Shown piece by piece: positions 20,952-31,842 of a stretch of 64,000 nt of DNA. The translations under genes were made by a program, and so were the position numbers. Below the pieces are notes generated by a model, which had not been told where the DNA came from, made no database searches, and worked only from the letters and a program-made list of their open reading frames with translations. Source of the DNA: an uncultured Porphyromonas sp. (lineage in GTDB: Bacteria; Bacteroidota; Bacteroidia; Bacteroidales; Porphyromonadaceae); assembly GCF_900541275.1 (NCBI RefSeq), contig NZ_UQJH01000003.1:47955-111954 (forward strand). The letters run 5' to 3'. The first letter of the stretch is position 1, and every line of letters starts with the position of its first letter.

Positions 20952-22328
20952 ATGAGAGAGGCAAGGGACCTTACCGGGGGACCGATCGGTAAGCAGATCG
21001 TTTCGCTGGCGCTGCCGATACTGGGGAGCTCATTTACCCTGATGCTCTACAGCTTCGTCGATATGGCGTGGCTGGGACGGCTGAGTAGCCAGACGGTCGC
21101 TGCCTCCGGCGCGGCATCCATCTTTACCTGGTTGGTCAATTGCTTTACGCTCATCACTAAGGTAGGTGCTGAGGTGACGGTAGCTAATGGCATTGGGCGA
21201 AAGGACGAGCGGGCAGCAGCGGACTATGCGGCTCACAATATCACACTGGCACTCTACTTCGGTCTCGTCACCTCGCTCACCTTTTTACTCCTCACAGACA
21301 CCTTCATCGGCTTCTATGGGCTCGAGGCACCGGTGGACCGATATGCGACCAACTACCTGCGGCTCTGTGCGCTGGGATTCCCCTTCATCTTTCTCAGCAA
21401 TGCATTCATCGGGATATACAACGCCTCCGGACTCTCCAAGATCCCCTTTGTAGTCAATGTGATCGGGCTGGGGCTCAATATGATCCTTGATCCGATATTC
21501 ATCTTTGTCCTCGGTCTCGGCATACGGGGTGCCGCTCTCGCCACGGTGCTCTCACAGGCGATCCTGATGTCGCTCTTCCTCATCCAGATGAAGTATCGAG
21601 ATCGGCTGCTGGGAGGCTTCCGAATGATCCGGAAGTTGTCTGCCCAGACGACCCGGACCATACTTAAGCTGGGGGTACCGGCTGCGCTGATGAATGCGTT
21701 CCTGGCGGTGATCAACCTTATCCTTGGCCGCTTTGCCTCCGCAGCGGGGGGCGCCACCGGCGTGATGACCCTGACGATCGGGGGACAGCTGGAGGGGATC
21801 ACGTGGAATGCCGGTCAGGGATTCTCCACGTCTCTCTCCAGCTTTGTGTCGCAAAACTATGGCGCTGCGAAGTACGGACGGATCCGCGAGGGGCTGCGAT
21901 TTACCCTCTGGCTCTGCCTATTCTTCGGGATCGTGGGGACGCTGATCAATTACTTCGGCGGGTCGTGGCTATTCTCCCTTATCATCCCCAATGATCCTCA
22001 CGGTATCGCCGCCGGGGCGGAGTACCTCCGGATCGATGCATGGGCCCAAGCCTTTATGATGGTCGAGGTCTGTTTCCAGGGCTTCTTCTACGGTATGCGA
22101 CGCCCACTACCCCCATCAGCGATTAGTATCGGGTGCAACTTCCTCCGTATCCCCATGGCTCTCGTACTGCTCAGCCTGATCGGTGGGATCTCCTGTCTCT
22201 GGTGGACGATCTGCATCACCTGCATCCTCAAGGGGACTCTTGCGGGTGGCTATTACCTACTGAAGGGACGCGCCAAGATCTACCCGCCCACCGATGCGCC
22301 TATGGAGCAGATACACGAGGGAGCATAA
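20952..22328 (+). CDS. MATE family efflux transporter
   Basis: Twelve-TM polytopic protein with a MATE-like N-terminus (IVSLALPILGSSFTLMLYSFVDMAWLGRL). Confidence 0.8.
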   Translation: MREARDLTGGPIGKQIVSLALPILGSSFTLMLYSFVDMAWLGRLSSQTVAASGAASIFTWLVNCFTLITKVGAEVTVANGIGRKDERAAADYAAHNITLALYFGLVTSLTFLLLTDTFIGFYGLEAPVDRYATNYLRLCALGFPFIFLSNAFIGIYNASGLSKIPFVVNVIGLGLNMILDPIFIFVLGLGIRGAALATVLSQAILMSLFLIQMKYRDRLLGGFRMIRKLSAQTTRTILKLGVPAALMNAFLAVINLILGRFASAAGGATGVMTLTIGGQLEGITWNAGQGFSTSLSSFVSQNYGAAKYGRIREGLRFTLWLCLFFGIVGTLINYFGGSWLFSLIIPNDPHGIAAGAEYLRIDAWAQAFMMVEVCFQGFFYGMRRPLPPSAISIGCNFLRIPMALVLLSLIGGISCLWWTICITCILKGTLAGGYYLLKGRAKIYPPTDAPMEQIHEGA

Positions 22329-22407
22329 TTCGGACTTCTTTTGGTACATTTACACTGAGCTAACGATTGTCTTGTACATTTAATATAAGAGTATAGATAG
22401 AGATAAA

Positions 22408-24561
22408 ATGAGCACCAAGACTTACCTTTTTCTTCTCTCCCTGATCGCCGGTTGCCTCCTGCTACAGGCACAGACCGTCGAGCCACTGACGCTGGATGAT
22501 GTCACCCCCGGGGGGCGGACCTACTGGAGCCACCAACCCTCTACACCGACGATCTGCGGGATCATCGGCGATGGCGTGGTCACCTATGACGAGAAGGGGC
22601 TCAAGCTGGTGGACAAGGCCGGCCGCGAGACCGATCTCCTGACGCTGCAAGAGTGGTCTCAGATCGACGACACCCCGGTCAAGGCACTTCCCTGGCTGAC
22701 GGTGTACGGAAAAGGTGAGTACTTGTCTCGCACCTCGGAGAGGGGCATCGACTTCATCGACCTGAAGTCTAAATCCATCGCCAAGCACTATGCGTACGAC
22801 ACGAAGCGGTGGCAGCATCTACACGTGGCTCCGGGAGCCTCCTACATCGTCCTCTCAGACGGCGAGACGATGGCTCTACTAAAGAGCGGTGCGACAGAGC
22901 CCCGAGAGCTGGTGAGCGACTCTTCGCACGATATTGTCTACGGGATGCCGGCTGCGCGAAACGAGTTTGGAACCGAGTCGGGTATCTTCTTCTCCCCGAG
23001 CGGCAGGTACTTCGCCTTTTACCGCATCGACCAGTCGGAGGTGACGGACTACCCGATCGTCCGGATCCATCGTCCAATAGCAGAGAGTGACCCGCTGAAG
23101 TACCCGATGGCAGGACAAGGCTCTCAGCATACGACCGTAGGCATCTACGACACAGCAGATGGCTCCATCCGCTACCTCGCCACCGGTGAGCCCAGAGACA
23201 GGTACTTCACCAACCTCTCCTGGGCACCGGATGAGAAGAGCCTCTACATCGATGAGGTGAAGCGCTCGCAGGACGAGTGCAACCTGGTGGAGTACAGCGT
23301 GGAGAGCGGTCACCCCGTGCGGACCGTGCTGACAGAGCGCAACGAGAGGTACATCGAGCCACTGGAGCCCATTGCCTTCACCAGTGACGGCAAGGCGTTC
23401 GTCCGATCCACCCGTATCGATGGCTACCGCCACCTTTACCTCTATCGCACGAAGGACGGCAAGCTGATCCGTCAGCTCACCAAGGGCGAGTGGGAGGTCA
23501 AGTCGCTCTACGGGATCTCACAGGACGATCGCTACGCCTACTTCATCGGCAATGAGGGCTACCCGATGGGTCAGGCGCTCTACCGGGTGGCGCTTGCGAG
23601 TGGCAGGGTGACCTCCGTCACTCCTGGGCGTGGGTGGCACTCCTGCAGCCTGTCTGCTGACTTTACGACAGCTTATGACCTCTTCAGCTCCAAGGACAGC
23701 CCGGCGGAGGTTCGGGTCATCGACTTAGGGAAAAAAGCCATCCGCTCTCATCTGCTCAAGAAGTGCGAGGTGCCCTCCGACCTCTCCCATCGACCCGAGG
23801 TACGTCTCGGGACAATCAAGTCTGCCGATGGGGTGACCGATCTGTACTACAAGATGACCCTGCCCGCCACCCTCGAGGAGGGGAAGAAGTACCCGACTAT
23901 CGTCTATGTCTACGGAGGTCCTCATGCACAGCTGGTGACGGATAGCTGGCGGAGCCTTCGCTACAATTGGGACAACTATATGGCTGAGCAGGGCTACATC
24001 GTCTTCACCGTGGACGGACGGGGATCCAACAATCGAGGAATGGCCTTTGAGAGCATCATCCACCGCAGGCTGGGCAAGGCGGAGATGGAGGACCAGATGG
24101 AGGGGGTAAAGTTTCTCGCCTCCCTGCCTTACGTTGACACCGAACGACTTGGCGTCTACGGCTGGAGCTTCGGTGGCTTCATGACCACCAATCTGATGCT
24201 GACCCACGGGGATACCTTCAAGGTCGGTGTCGCCGGCGGTCCGGTGATCGACTGGGCATTCTACGAGATCATGTACGGCGAGCGGTATATGGACACACCG
24301 CAGGAGAATCCGGAGGGCTACGCTGCAGCGCGTCTCTCTGACCGAGCCAAGGATCTGCGAGGGAGATTGCTCCTCATCCACGGTGGTGTCGATCCTGTGG
24401 TGGTGTGGCAAAACTCTCAGACCTTCCTCAACGCTTGCATCGCCGCCCGCACCTACCCGGACTATATGATCTATCCCGATCACGAGCACAATGTCCTGGG
24501 TCCGGATCGGGTCCATCTCAATACCGTCATCAGTCGCTACTTCGACGACTTCCTCAAGTAA
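22408..24561 (+). CDS. S9 family serine peptidase (dipeptidyl-peptidase IV / prolyl tripeptidyl peptidase-like)
   Basis: Signal peptide, a beta-propeller region and an alpha/beta hydrolase with the GWSFGG nucleophile elbow and a C-terminal His. Confidence 0.8.
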   Translation: MSTKTYLFLLSLIAGCLLLQAQTVEPLTLDDVTPGGRTYWSHQPSTPTICGIIGDGVVTYDEKGLKLVDKAGRETDLLTLQEWSQIDDTPVKALPWLTVYGKGEYLSRTSERGIDFIDLKSKSIAKHYAYDTKRWQHLHVAPGASYIVLSDGETMALLKSGATEPRELVSDSSHDIVYGMPAARNEFGTESGIFFSPSGRYFAFYRIDQSEVTDYPIVRIHRPIAESDPLKYPMAGQGSQHTTVGIYDTADGSIRYLATGEPRDRYFTNLSWAPDEKSLYIDEVKRSQDECNLVEYSVESGHPVRTVLTERNERYIEPLEPIAFTSDGKAFVRSTRIDGYRHLYLYRTKDGKLIRQLTKGEWEVKSLYGISQDDRYAYFIGNEGYPMGQALYRVALASGRVTSVTPGRGWHSCSLSADFTTAYDLFSSKDSPAEVRVIDLGKKAIRSHLLKKCEVPSDLSHRPEVRLGTIKSADGVTDLYYKMTLPATLEEGKKYPTIVYVYGGPHAQLVTDSWRSLRYNWDNYMAEQGYIVFTVDGRGSNNRGMAFESIIHRRLGKAEMEDQMEGVKFLASLPYVDTERLGVYGWSFGGFMTTNLMLTHGDTFKVGVAGGPVIDWAFYEIMYGERYMDTPQENPEGYAAARLSDRAKDLRGRLLLIHGGVDPVVVWQNSQTFLNACIAARTYPDYMIYPDHEHNVLGPDRVHLNTVISRYFDDFLK

Positions 24562-24581
24562 TCTCAATTTCTGTAAGTGAT

Positions 24582-25871
24582 ATGAAAGCATTAGTACTCG
24601 GCTCCGGAGGACGTGAGCAAGCCATCGCATGGAAAGTAGCCAAGAGTCCACTGGTCAGCGAGGTGATCATCGCACCGGGCAATGCCGGAGCTTTCCCCAA
24701 GACAAGGAATGCCGACATCGACATCAATGATGCAGATGCCGTTGCAGACTTTCTGACCAAAGAGTCTGTCGAACTGCTTGTCGTCGGTCCGGAGCAGCCC
24801 TTAGTGAGCGGGCTGGTGGACCGACTACTGGCACGCCCCGAGCTAAGCTCCCTACACATCGTCGGCCCCACTCAGGAGGCGGCGCAGATGGAGGGAAGCA
24901 AGGACTTCGCCAAGGCATTTATGCAGAGGCACGGCATCCCGACAGCCAAGTACCGCTCCTTCACCGCCGGAGAGCGGGAGCAGGCGCTGGACTACCTCCG
25001 CAACGAAGAGAAGGCTCCCTACGTCCTTAAGGCGGACGGCCTCGCAGCCGGGAAGGGCGTGCTGATCTGCCAGACCCTCGAGGAGGCAGAGGAGGGACTG
25101 GACAGCATGCTCGGGGGAAAGTTTGGGCACTCAGCCGACACGATCCTCATAGAGACCTGCCTCACCGGCATCGAGTGCTCCGTCTTCGTCCTCACCGATG
25201 GCAAGAGCTACCGCATCCTGCCGACGGCAAAGGACTACAAGCGCATCGGAGAGGGAGATACGGGACTCAATACAGGAGGTATGGGTGCGGTATCACCGGT
25301 CCCCTTTATCGATGACGAATTTATGACCAAGGTGAAGGAGAGGATCATCGAGCCCACCATCCTCGGCCTTGCGGAGGACGAGATAGACTACCGAGGATTC
25401 CTCTACTTCGGCCTGATGAATCAGAATGGCGACCCCTACGTCATCGAGTACAATTGCCGTATGGGCGACCCCGAGACACAGGCGGTGATGCCGAGGATTG
25501 CGGGCGACCTGGTTCCCTCGCTGCTTGCCCTCCGGGATCAGAGCTTGGCCGACACCGAGGACCCCGGTGAGATCGAGGAGACAGCGCTCACGGTCGTGGC
25601 CGCCATGAAGGGCTATCCAGAGAGCTACCCCAAGGGCGCCCAGGTCATCATCTACGGTGATGACAGCGACAGCTCGATCGTCTTCCACTCCGGGACAACG
25701 GGCAGCGGACGAGACATCCGCACATGTGGCGGGCGAGTCTTTGCCGTCACCGCACTTGATAGAGGGATCATGCGGGCGAGGAAGAGAGCCTACGACCGGA
25801 TGATGATGACCTGCTTTGACGACATGTACTACCGGCACGACATCGGCAAGGATCTCGTGGAGTACGAGTAA
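24582..25871 (+). CDS. purD: Phosphoribosylamine--glycine ligase PurD
   Basis: MKALVLGSGGREQAIAWK N-terminus and ATP-grasp motifs. The ORF-track start at 24405 is an upstream in-frame extension that overlaps the S9 peptidase gene. Confidence 0.9.
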   Translation: MKALVLGSGGREQAIAWKVAKSPLVSEVIIAPGNAGAFPKTRNADIDINDADAVADFLTKESVELLVVGPEQPLVSGLVDRLLARPELSSLHIVGPTQEAAQMEGSKDFAKAFMQRHGIPTAKYRSFTAGEREQALDYLRNEEKAPYVLKADGLAAGKGVLICQTLEEAEEGLDSMLGGKFGHSADTILIETCLTGIECSVFVLTDGKSYRILPTAKDYKRIGEGDTGLNTGGMGAVSPVPFIDDEFMTKVKERIIEPTILGLAEDEIDYRGFLYFGLMNQNGDPYVIEYNCRMGDPETQAVMPRIAGDLVPSLLALRDQSLADTEDPGEIEETALTVVAAMKGYPESYPKGAQVIIYGDDSDSSIVFHSGTTGSGRDIRTCGGRVFAVTALDRGIMRARKRAYDRMMMTCFDDMYYRHDIGKDLVEYE

Positions 25872-25894
25872 GGAGGGATCGGAGACTGAGCCTT

Positions 25895-26782
25895 ATGGAG
25901 CAATACCTGACTAAGCTATCATCACTCGGAGAGCAAGTGCTCTCTGAGCCCATAGTAGCGCTTGTGCTCTCCGCAGCCCTACTATTCCTGCTCCACAGGC
26001 ACAATATCCTCAGCTACGGATCACATATCCACGAGACGACATCGTGGATAATGATGGCGCTCCTGATGACGAGTCAGGTAGGCATAGCTACACGCTCACT
26101 CTCCCTCATGATGATCTCGACGATCATCCTGGTCTTCCTCAGTGAGTACATCATAACCTCGCTCGCCCAGCACAAGTCCCCATTCATCGGATTTAATATC
26201 GGACTTGGCATAGGACTTCTGTCTCTGATTGATCCGATATGGTTGCCGACACTCCTCATCTTTGGCTTTATGCTCAGGCAGATCGGTCTTGGGACCTGGC
26301 GTCACTACTCCGCTATGGTTCTTGGGGTACTTATGGTGCTCTGGGTGGGGATCCTCCTCCTTGCGCCCCCCACTCCCGAGGGTGTGCTGGGGTTTGTTGA
26401 CCGCACCTATGGATCTCTTCTTCACCCGAGTCTCCCGAGCAGTACCGATGACTGGTTGCGAGTCACATCCCTCATGATGCTTCTCTCAGCCTCCACTATC
26501 GAGACTATGATCGTCCGCAGGCACGCCATTACCAGATACCGATGGGTCACCCATCTCCACCTCAGGCTGGGCTGGTTCCTCTTCGTCCTATACTGTATCT
26601 ACTACTCGGCAGAGATGCCCTCGCCCGTCTTGTCTATCTTCTTCTGCACGTCGTGTGTGACCGCATTTCTCTGCACAAATACCCAACGCCTTGTATTTCT
26701 CACATCTGCGCTCGGATCTATAGCCGGCTTTACGCTATACGCATTCCTCCCCCCCCTTATTCTGACGACACGCATCCTATGA
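25895..26782 (+). CDS. Hypothetical polytopic membrane protein
   Basis: Multiple hydrophobic helices with no recognisable catalytic motif. Confidence 0.4.
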   Translation: MEQYLTKLSSLGEQVLSEPIVALVLSAALLFLLHRHNILSYGSHIHETTSWIMMALLMTSQVGIATRSLSLMMISTIILVFLSEYIITSLAQHKSPFIGFNIGLGIGLLSLIDPIWLPTLLIFGFMLRQIGLGTWRHYSAMVLGVLMVLWVGILLLAPPTPEGVLGFVDRTYGSLLHPSLPSSTDDWLRVTSLMMLLSASTIETMIVRRHAITRYRWVTHLHLRLGWFLFVLYCIYYSAEMPSPVLSIFFCTSCVTAFLCTNTQRLVFLTSALGSIAGFTLYAFLPPLILTTRIL

Positions 26783-27741
26783 TATCCTTCATCATCCCTG
26801 TCTACAACCGACCCGATGAGGTCAAAGAGCTACTCGAGAGCTTCCTCAGTCAGGAGAGCACGCCCCTCGACTACGAAGTGGTGGTCGTGGAGGACGGCTC
26901 AGACATCCCCTGCCGTGAGGTGTGCGAGAGCTATGCCGACAAGCTGCCGGTCCGATACCTCTATCAGTCTCCAAATACCGGGCCCTCCGGGGCCCGCAAC
27001 TATGGAGCCAAAGTGGCACAGGGAGACATCTTCCTCTTCCTCGACTCCGACGTAGAGCTCCCGCCAAGCTACCTGAGCACACTGGCCCTCGACATAGAGC
27101 GGAGACCGGTAGACCTCTTCGGCGGACCGGATGCGGCGAAGGAGGACTACACCGTGACACAGCGTGCGATCAGCTATGCGATGACCTCATTCTTCACCAC
27201 AGGAGGCATCCGAGGGGGGCGAAAGGACCAGCCGCTGGACAAGTTTTACCCCCGCACTTACAATATGGGCGTGACGCGCACAGCGTATGAGGCGGTCGGA
27301 GGCTTCCGTCAGGATCTCCGCTATGGGGAGGACATTGACTTCAGCCTGCGGGTGACAGAGGCGGGCTACCACTCTGCGCTGTACGACGACCTCTTTGTCT
27401 ACCACAAGCGGCGGGACACGTACAAGAAATTCTTCGCCCAGATACGCCACAGCGGACGGGCTCGCGTGATGCTGGAACGTCTCCATCCCGGCAGCATGAA
27501 GCCGGTGCACTACCTCCCCTCACTCTTCGTGGTCTTATGCTTCATCGCCCTACTCTCCAGCCTATATGGCGGGCTTATGTTTCCACTCCTCTACGCCCTC
27601 TTGATCATCTTTGATGTATATGGTCGGGGCGACTCGCTCGAGCTGGCGGTCAATTGCGTGATAGCAGCCTTTGTCCAGCTCTTTGGCTACGGGTTTGGCT
27701 TTATTGAGGCAAAGATAGGGAGGGGGGAAGGCTCAGAGTAG
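26780..27741 (+). CDS. Family 2 glycosyltransferase with C-terminal TM segments
   Basis: MISFIIPVYNRPDEV start, GT2 DxD motifs (FLDSDV) and C-terminal hydrophobic helices. The ORF track extends the start upstream to 26542. Confidence 0.75.
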
Positions 27742-28863
27742 AGCGACGATCTCTCGAGCCGCCAGCGTCGAGGCAGGGAGCTCCGTCTGGAGAGCCTCCG
27801 AGACGGCATCGTAAGCCTCCAGCATCGCTCTTCGCTCAGCTGTATCAGTGAGCAGGGGCGTGAGGTGGCTCCGTATCGCCTTGACCGAACACCTTGCCCC
27901 AAAGAGCTCCGCCACCACCTCACGGCGGGCGATCAGGTTGACGAGCGAGATGTAGGGGACCTTGAAGAAGTGGTCAAAGGCGAAATTCACTAATCGCCCG
28001 GCACGCGTCGCATAGCAGACCACCTGAGGCGCACCGAGAAGAGCCGTCTCGAGGGTCGCCGTGCCGGAGGTCACTAATGCTGCATCCGCCCCCGAGAGGA
28101 TCTCGTAAGTCTCCCCATACCGCACCTCCACCCTCTGCAGGCTGTATCGCTCTATGATCTCGCTGTAGAGCGACCGGTCGATGGCGGAGACACCGGCCAC
28201 CACCAGCCGGTACCGGTCGCCGAGAGACGCCACACTCTCCAGCATCAGGGGGAGATTGCGCCTCACCTCCGAGAGACGACTACCACAGAGGAGCGCAATG
28301 TAAGGTCGCTCCTCTATCGTCACGTCAGCGCTGCGGTGCGACCTGAAGTGCATCACCTCCTCATAGGTAGGATTGCCGACGTAGGAGACTCGCTCCACCC
28401 CCTTGGAGCGAAAGTAGGGTACCTCGAAGGGGAAGATACACTGGATCAAGTCGCAGTCACGCCTCAGCTGACGGACGCGAAACTCCTTCCACGCCCACAC
28501 CTTGGGCGGGATAAAGTAGACGATCCGCGTCGTAGGCAGCTGCTTCCGCACAAAAGGCAGGATATACCGCATGCAGAAGGAGCCGTAGTCCACACAGATC
28601 ACCACATCCGGGCGATAGTCAAGCAGGGACTGCCTCACCACATTCCGTCCTCGTCTGATCTCGGGGTAATGCCGTAGGACATCCACGATACCCATGTAGG
28701 CCATCTCCTCCGACCTGAGCACACACGTTCCACCCCTCTCCCTCATGGCGGCACCGCCCATATAGGCAAAGTCTGCCTGAGGGTCCTCAACTCTCAAGGC
28801 AGACATCAGATGTGCAGCGTGGAGGTCTCCACTCGCCTCACCCGCTATGAGGAAATACTTCAT
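27733..28863 (-). CDS. lpxB: Lipid-A-disaccharide synthase LpxB
   Basis: MKYFLIAGEASGDLHAAHLM N-terminus, full length. It converges on the GT2 gene with a 9-bp overlap. Confidence 0.9.
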   Translation of the reverse strand: MKYFLIAGEASGDLHAAHLMSALRVEDPQADFAYMGGAAMRERGGTCVLRSEEMAYMGIVDVLRHYPEIRRGRNVVRQSLLDYRPDVVICVDYGSFCMRYILPFVRKQLPTTRIVYFIPPKVWAWKEFRVRQLRRDCDLIQCIFPFEVPYFRSKGVERVSYVGNPTYEEVMHFRSHRSADVTIEERPYIALLCGSRLSEVRRNLPLMLESVASLGDRYRLVVAGVSAIDRSLYSEIIERYSLQRVEVRYGETYEILSGADAALVTSGTATLETALLGAPQVVCYATRAGRLVNFAFDHFFKVPYISLVNLIARREVVAELFGARCSVKAIRSHLTPLLTDTAERRAMLEAYDAVSEALQTELPASTLAAREIVALL

Positions 28864-28869
28864 CCGGCG

Positions 28870-29640
28870 TCAGTCATCCTCCTCCCACGACTGCAGGTCG
28901 CGGACATACTGATAGGCAGTGACGTCAATCTTGCACGGCACCATCGTGGCGTAGCCTCGATCCAAGGTCGCCACGTCCCAGCCCTTCTCGGCCGGCTCAT
29001 TGAGTACCAGGTCACCACTCAGCCAGAAGACATCCTTCCCCTGAGGGTTACGCTGCTTGATGAATTCGTTGTGATACCTCCCGTCCGCCTGACTGCAGAC
29101 CCTCAGCCCTCTGACGCGAGGGATATTGGGCACATTGACATTAAGGTAGACCCCACGAGGCAGCCCCTCCTTGAGGATCCGCCGACAGATGGCGCGCGCA
29201 TAGCGACAGCAGGCGAGGTAGTCGCTCTCCTGCTTGCCATGGATGAGCGAGATGGCGAGGGAGGGAATGTCAAAGATACAGCCCTCGATCGCAGCGCCAA
29301 GGGTGCCGGAGTAATTCACCGCAATGCCCTTATTGTCCCCGTGATTGATCCCCGCGATGACGATATCCGGCATCTCCGTCACGATGACATTGAGTGCCAG
29401 CTTGACGCAGTCGGCAGGCGTGCCGGTGCAGCTATAGACCGTCAGACCAGGCTCCGAGCGGACGAGGCTGTAGGTGATAGGATTGCGGGTGGTGATGGCA
29501 CTCGAGGAGCCACTCCTCGGCTCATCAGGGGCGACGACGATTACATCGCCCATATCTCGTAGCGAGAGGGAGAGCTCCGTCAGCCCCTTGGCAAAGACGC
29601 CGTCGTCATTGCTGACTAAGAAAAGTGGACGCTTGGCCAT
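28870..29640 (-). CDS. surE: 5'/3'-nucleotidase SurE
   Basis: LVSNDDGVFAKGL...VVAPDEPRSGSSSAIT signature. Confidence 0.9.
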   Translation of the reverse strand: MAKRPLFLVSNDDGVFAKGLTELSLSLRDMGDVIVVAPDEPRSGSSSAITTRNPITYSLVRSEPGLTVYSCTGTPADCVKLALNVIVTEMPDIVIAGINHGDNKGIAVNYSGTLGAAIEGCIFDIPSLAISLIHGKQESDYLACCRYARAICRRILKEGLPRGVYLNVNVPNIPRVRGLRVCSQADGRYHNEFIKQRNPQGKDVFWLSGDLVLNEPAEKGWDVATLDRGYATMVPCKIDVTAYQYVRDLQSWEEDD

Positions 29641-30194
29641 CAGAGCGTTGGGATAGAGAGAAGGGTCACCTCAAATATCAGGGTAGAGTATGCAGGGATA
29701 GACGAGCGAGAGGAGCCACCATAGGTATAGGCGCCGTAGCCCAGCTGCCAGGGGATCACCACCTCCCACGTCTCACCGACAGACATATGCTGGAGTGCCA
29801 GTTGCATCCCCCGAATGATGGACTCAGGTCGACCGTTACCCTCCTGGTGGTATATCCAGGACTTGACGATCTCATCGGTCTCAAGTACCTCACCGCTAAT
29901 CAGCTTGATGGTATACTTATACTCCACCTGGCTATTCTGGAGCGGTCTCTGAGGCTTGGCTCCCTCCGGCAAGCCCTGGATCACCTTATAGTAAATGGCA
30001 TAGGGCGACAGCTCGAAAGCAAGCTTCTTGTAGGAGGTATCAGCAGCGATATCCTCCACGTACTTCTCGTTCTTCACCCTATACTCCGACTTCGCCTCAT
30101 CGGGAGCCGTCTGATCGCAGGCGGTGAGGAGACCGAGCGAGAGGCCGAGGGTAAGCGAGAGGAGGAGACCTTTTAGTATGGACTTCATATGCAA
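29640..30194 (-). CDS. FKBP-type peptidyl-prolyl isomerase lipoprotein
   Basis: Lipobox (LLTAC) and a C-terminal FKBP block (GYGAYTYGGSSRSSIPAYSTLIFEVTLLS). Confidence 0.7.
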   Translation of the reverse strand: MHMKSILKGLLLSLTLGLSLGLLTACDQTAPDEAKSEYRVKNEKYVEDIAADTSYKKLAFELSPYAIYYKVIQGLPEGAKPQRPLQNSQVEYKYTIKLISGEVLETDEIVKSWIYHQEGNGRPESIIRGMQLALQHMSVGETWEVVIPWQLGYGAYTYGGSSRSSIPAYSTLIFEVTLLSIPTL

Positions 30195-30203
30195 AAAAGG
30201 GGA

Positions 30204-31748
30204 TCAGAGGTTCTTCAGGAGGGACTTCATACTGACCTTCTCATCGATCAGTGCGTGCAGCTCGCGGATCGGGACACGCTTCTGCTCCATCGTATCGCGG
30301 AAGCGAACCGTCACTGCCTCGTCCGAAGGTGTATCATTATCAATAGTCACGCAGTAGGGCGTGCCGATGGCATCGTGACGGCGGTAGCGCTTGCCGATGG
30401 AGTCCTTCTCATCGTAGACACAATTGAAGTCATAGCGCAGCTCCTTCATGACCGACTCAGCGATCTCGGGCAGACCGTCCTTAGCGACCAGCGGGAGCAC
30501 AGCCACCTTGGTTGGCGCCAGTGCCGGTGGCAGCTTGAGCACCACTCTGGAGGAGCCATTCTCGAGCTCCTCCTCCACGTATGAGCCGCACATAATGCTG
30601 AGGAAGAGGCGATCCACACCTATGGAGGTCTCTACCACGTAGGGGACATAGCTATCACCCAGCTCCGGATCGTAGTACCGCAGCTTCTTGCCACTGTACT
30701 TCTCGTGCTGGCTGAGGTCAAAATTGGTCCGCGAGTGGACTCCCTCCACCTCGCTGAAGCCAAAGGGCATCTCAAACTCGATGTCCGTTGCAGCATTGGC
30801 GTAGTGCGCCAGCTTCTCGTGGTCATGGAAGCGGTACTTATCGTCCCCGAGACCGAGGTTCTTGTGCCACTTCATCCGCGCCGCCTTCCACTGCTCAAAC
30901 CAGTCGATCTCCGTCCCGGGCTTCACGAAATACTGCATCTCCATCTGCTCAAACTCGCGCATACGGAAGATAAACTGCCGTGCCACGATCTCGTTGCGGA
31001 ACGCTTTACCGATCTGTGCGATGCCGAAGGGGATCTTCATGCGACCCGTCTTCTGCACATTGAGGAAATTGACAAAGATCCCCTGCGCTGTCTCGGGTCT
31101 CAGATAGACCGTCATCGTGTCGTCGGAGGCGGAGCCCATCTGCGTGGAGAACATGAGGTTGAACTGCCGCACGTCGGTCCAATTGCGCGAGCCGCTCACC
31201 GGATCAGCGATCTCGCAGTCGAGGATCAGCTGATGAAGTCCCTCCAGATCACCACTCCCCGACACCTCGGCGTAGCGGTCGTAGACCCTCTTTCGCTCAT
31301 CGAGTACGCGCTTCAGATTGACGCTCGTCTCTCGATACTGCGCCTCATCAAAGCTGTCTCCGAAGCGCTTACGCGCCTTGGCGATATCCTTCTCGATCTT
31401 CCCATCCAGCTTAGCGATATAGTCCTCCACAAGGACGTCGGCACGGTACCGCTTCTTGGAGTCCTTATTGTCGATCATCGGGTCATTGAAGGCCGCCAAG
31501 TGACCCGACGCCTCCCAGATCCTCGGGTGCATAAAGATGGAGGAGTCCAGCCCTGCGATATTGTCGTGCAGGTGCGTCATGCTCTCCCACCAGTATCGCT
31601 TGATGTTATTCTTCAGCTCGATGCCATTCTGACCATAGTCATAGACGGCACTGAGACCATCGTAGATCTCGGAGGAGGGGAAGACAAAGCCATACTCCTT
31701 GCAGTGACTGATGATTGTCTTGAAGAGCGTCTCGTTATTCTCAGACAT
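30204..31748 (-). CDS. glyQS: Glycine--tRNA ligase (dimeric class II, GlyQS)
   Basis: MSENNETLFKTIISHCKEYGFVFPSSEIYDGL... over the full length. I chose the start at MSENN (31748) rather than the track start at 31799. Confidence 0.9.
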   Translation of the reverse strand: MSENNETLFKTIISHCKEYGFVFPSSEIYDGLSAVYDYGQNGIELKNNIKRYWWESMTHLHDNIAGLDSSIFMHPRIWEASGHLAAFNDPMIDNKDSKKRYRADVLVEDYIAKLDGKIEKDIAKARKRFGDSFDEAQYRETSVNLKRVLDERKRVYDRYAEVSGSGDLEGLHQLILDCEIADPVSGSRNWTDVRQFNLMFSTQMGSASDDTMTVYLRPETAQGIFVNFLNVQKTGRMKIPFGIAQIGKAFRNEIVARQFIFRMREFEQMEMQYFVKPGTEIDWFEQWKAARMKWHKNLGLGDDKYRFHDHEKLAHYANAATDIEFEMPFGFSEVEGVHSRTNFDLSQHEKYSGKKLRYYDPELGDSYVPYVVETSIGVDRLFLSIMCGSYVEEELENGSSRVVLKLPPALAPTKVAVLPLVAKDGLPEIAESVMKELRYDFNCVYDEKDSIGKRYRRHDAIGTPYCVTIDNDTPSDEAVTVRFRDTMEQKRVPIRELHALIDEKVSMKSLLKNL

Positions 31749-31842
31749 ATTGTATGGAAAATCAATTGTTTCGCTTACAGGGACGACCCCGGAGGTCATC
31801 TACGCAAAGGTAATCAAAATGTACGCACTATCCCTTAAAAAG

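Noticed and set aside
24405-24581. Upstream in-frame extensions of purD (24405), the GT2 gene (26542), cobS (46790), cobC (45786), queD (32891), glyQS (31799) and the Ntn-hydrolase (55361).
   Set aside because: The extensions overlap neighbouring genes and lack conservation. The conserved N-terminal motifs or signal peptides begin at the internal Met codons used in the feature table.
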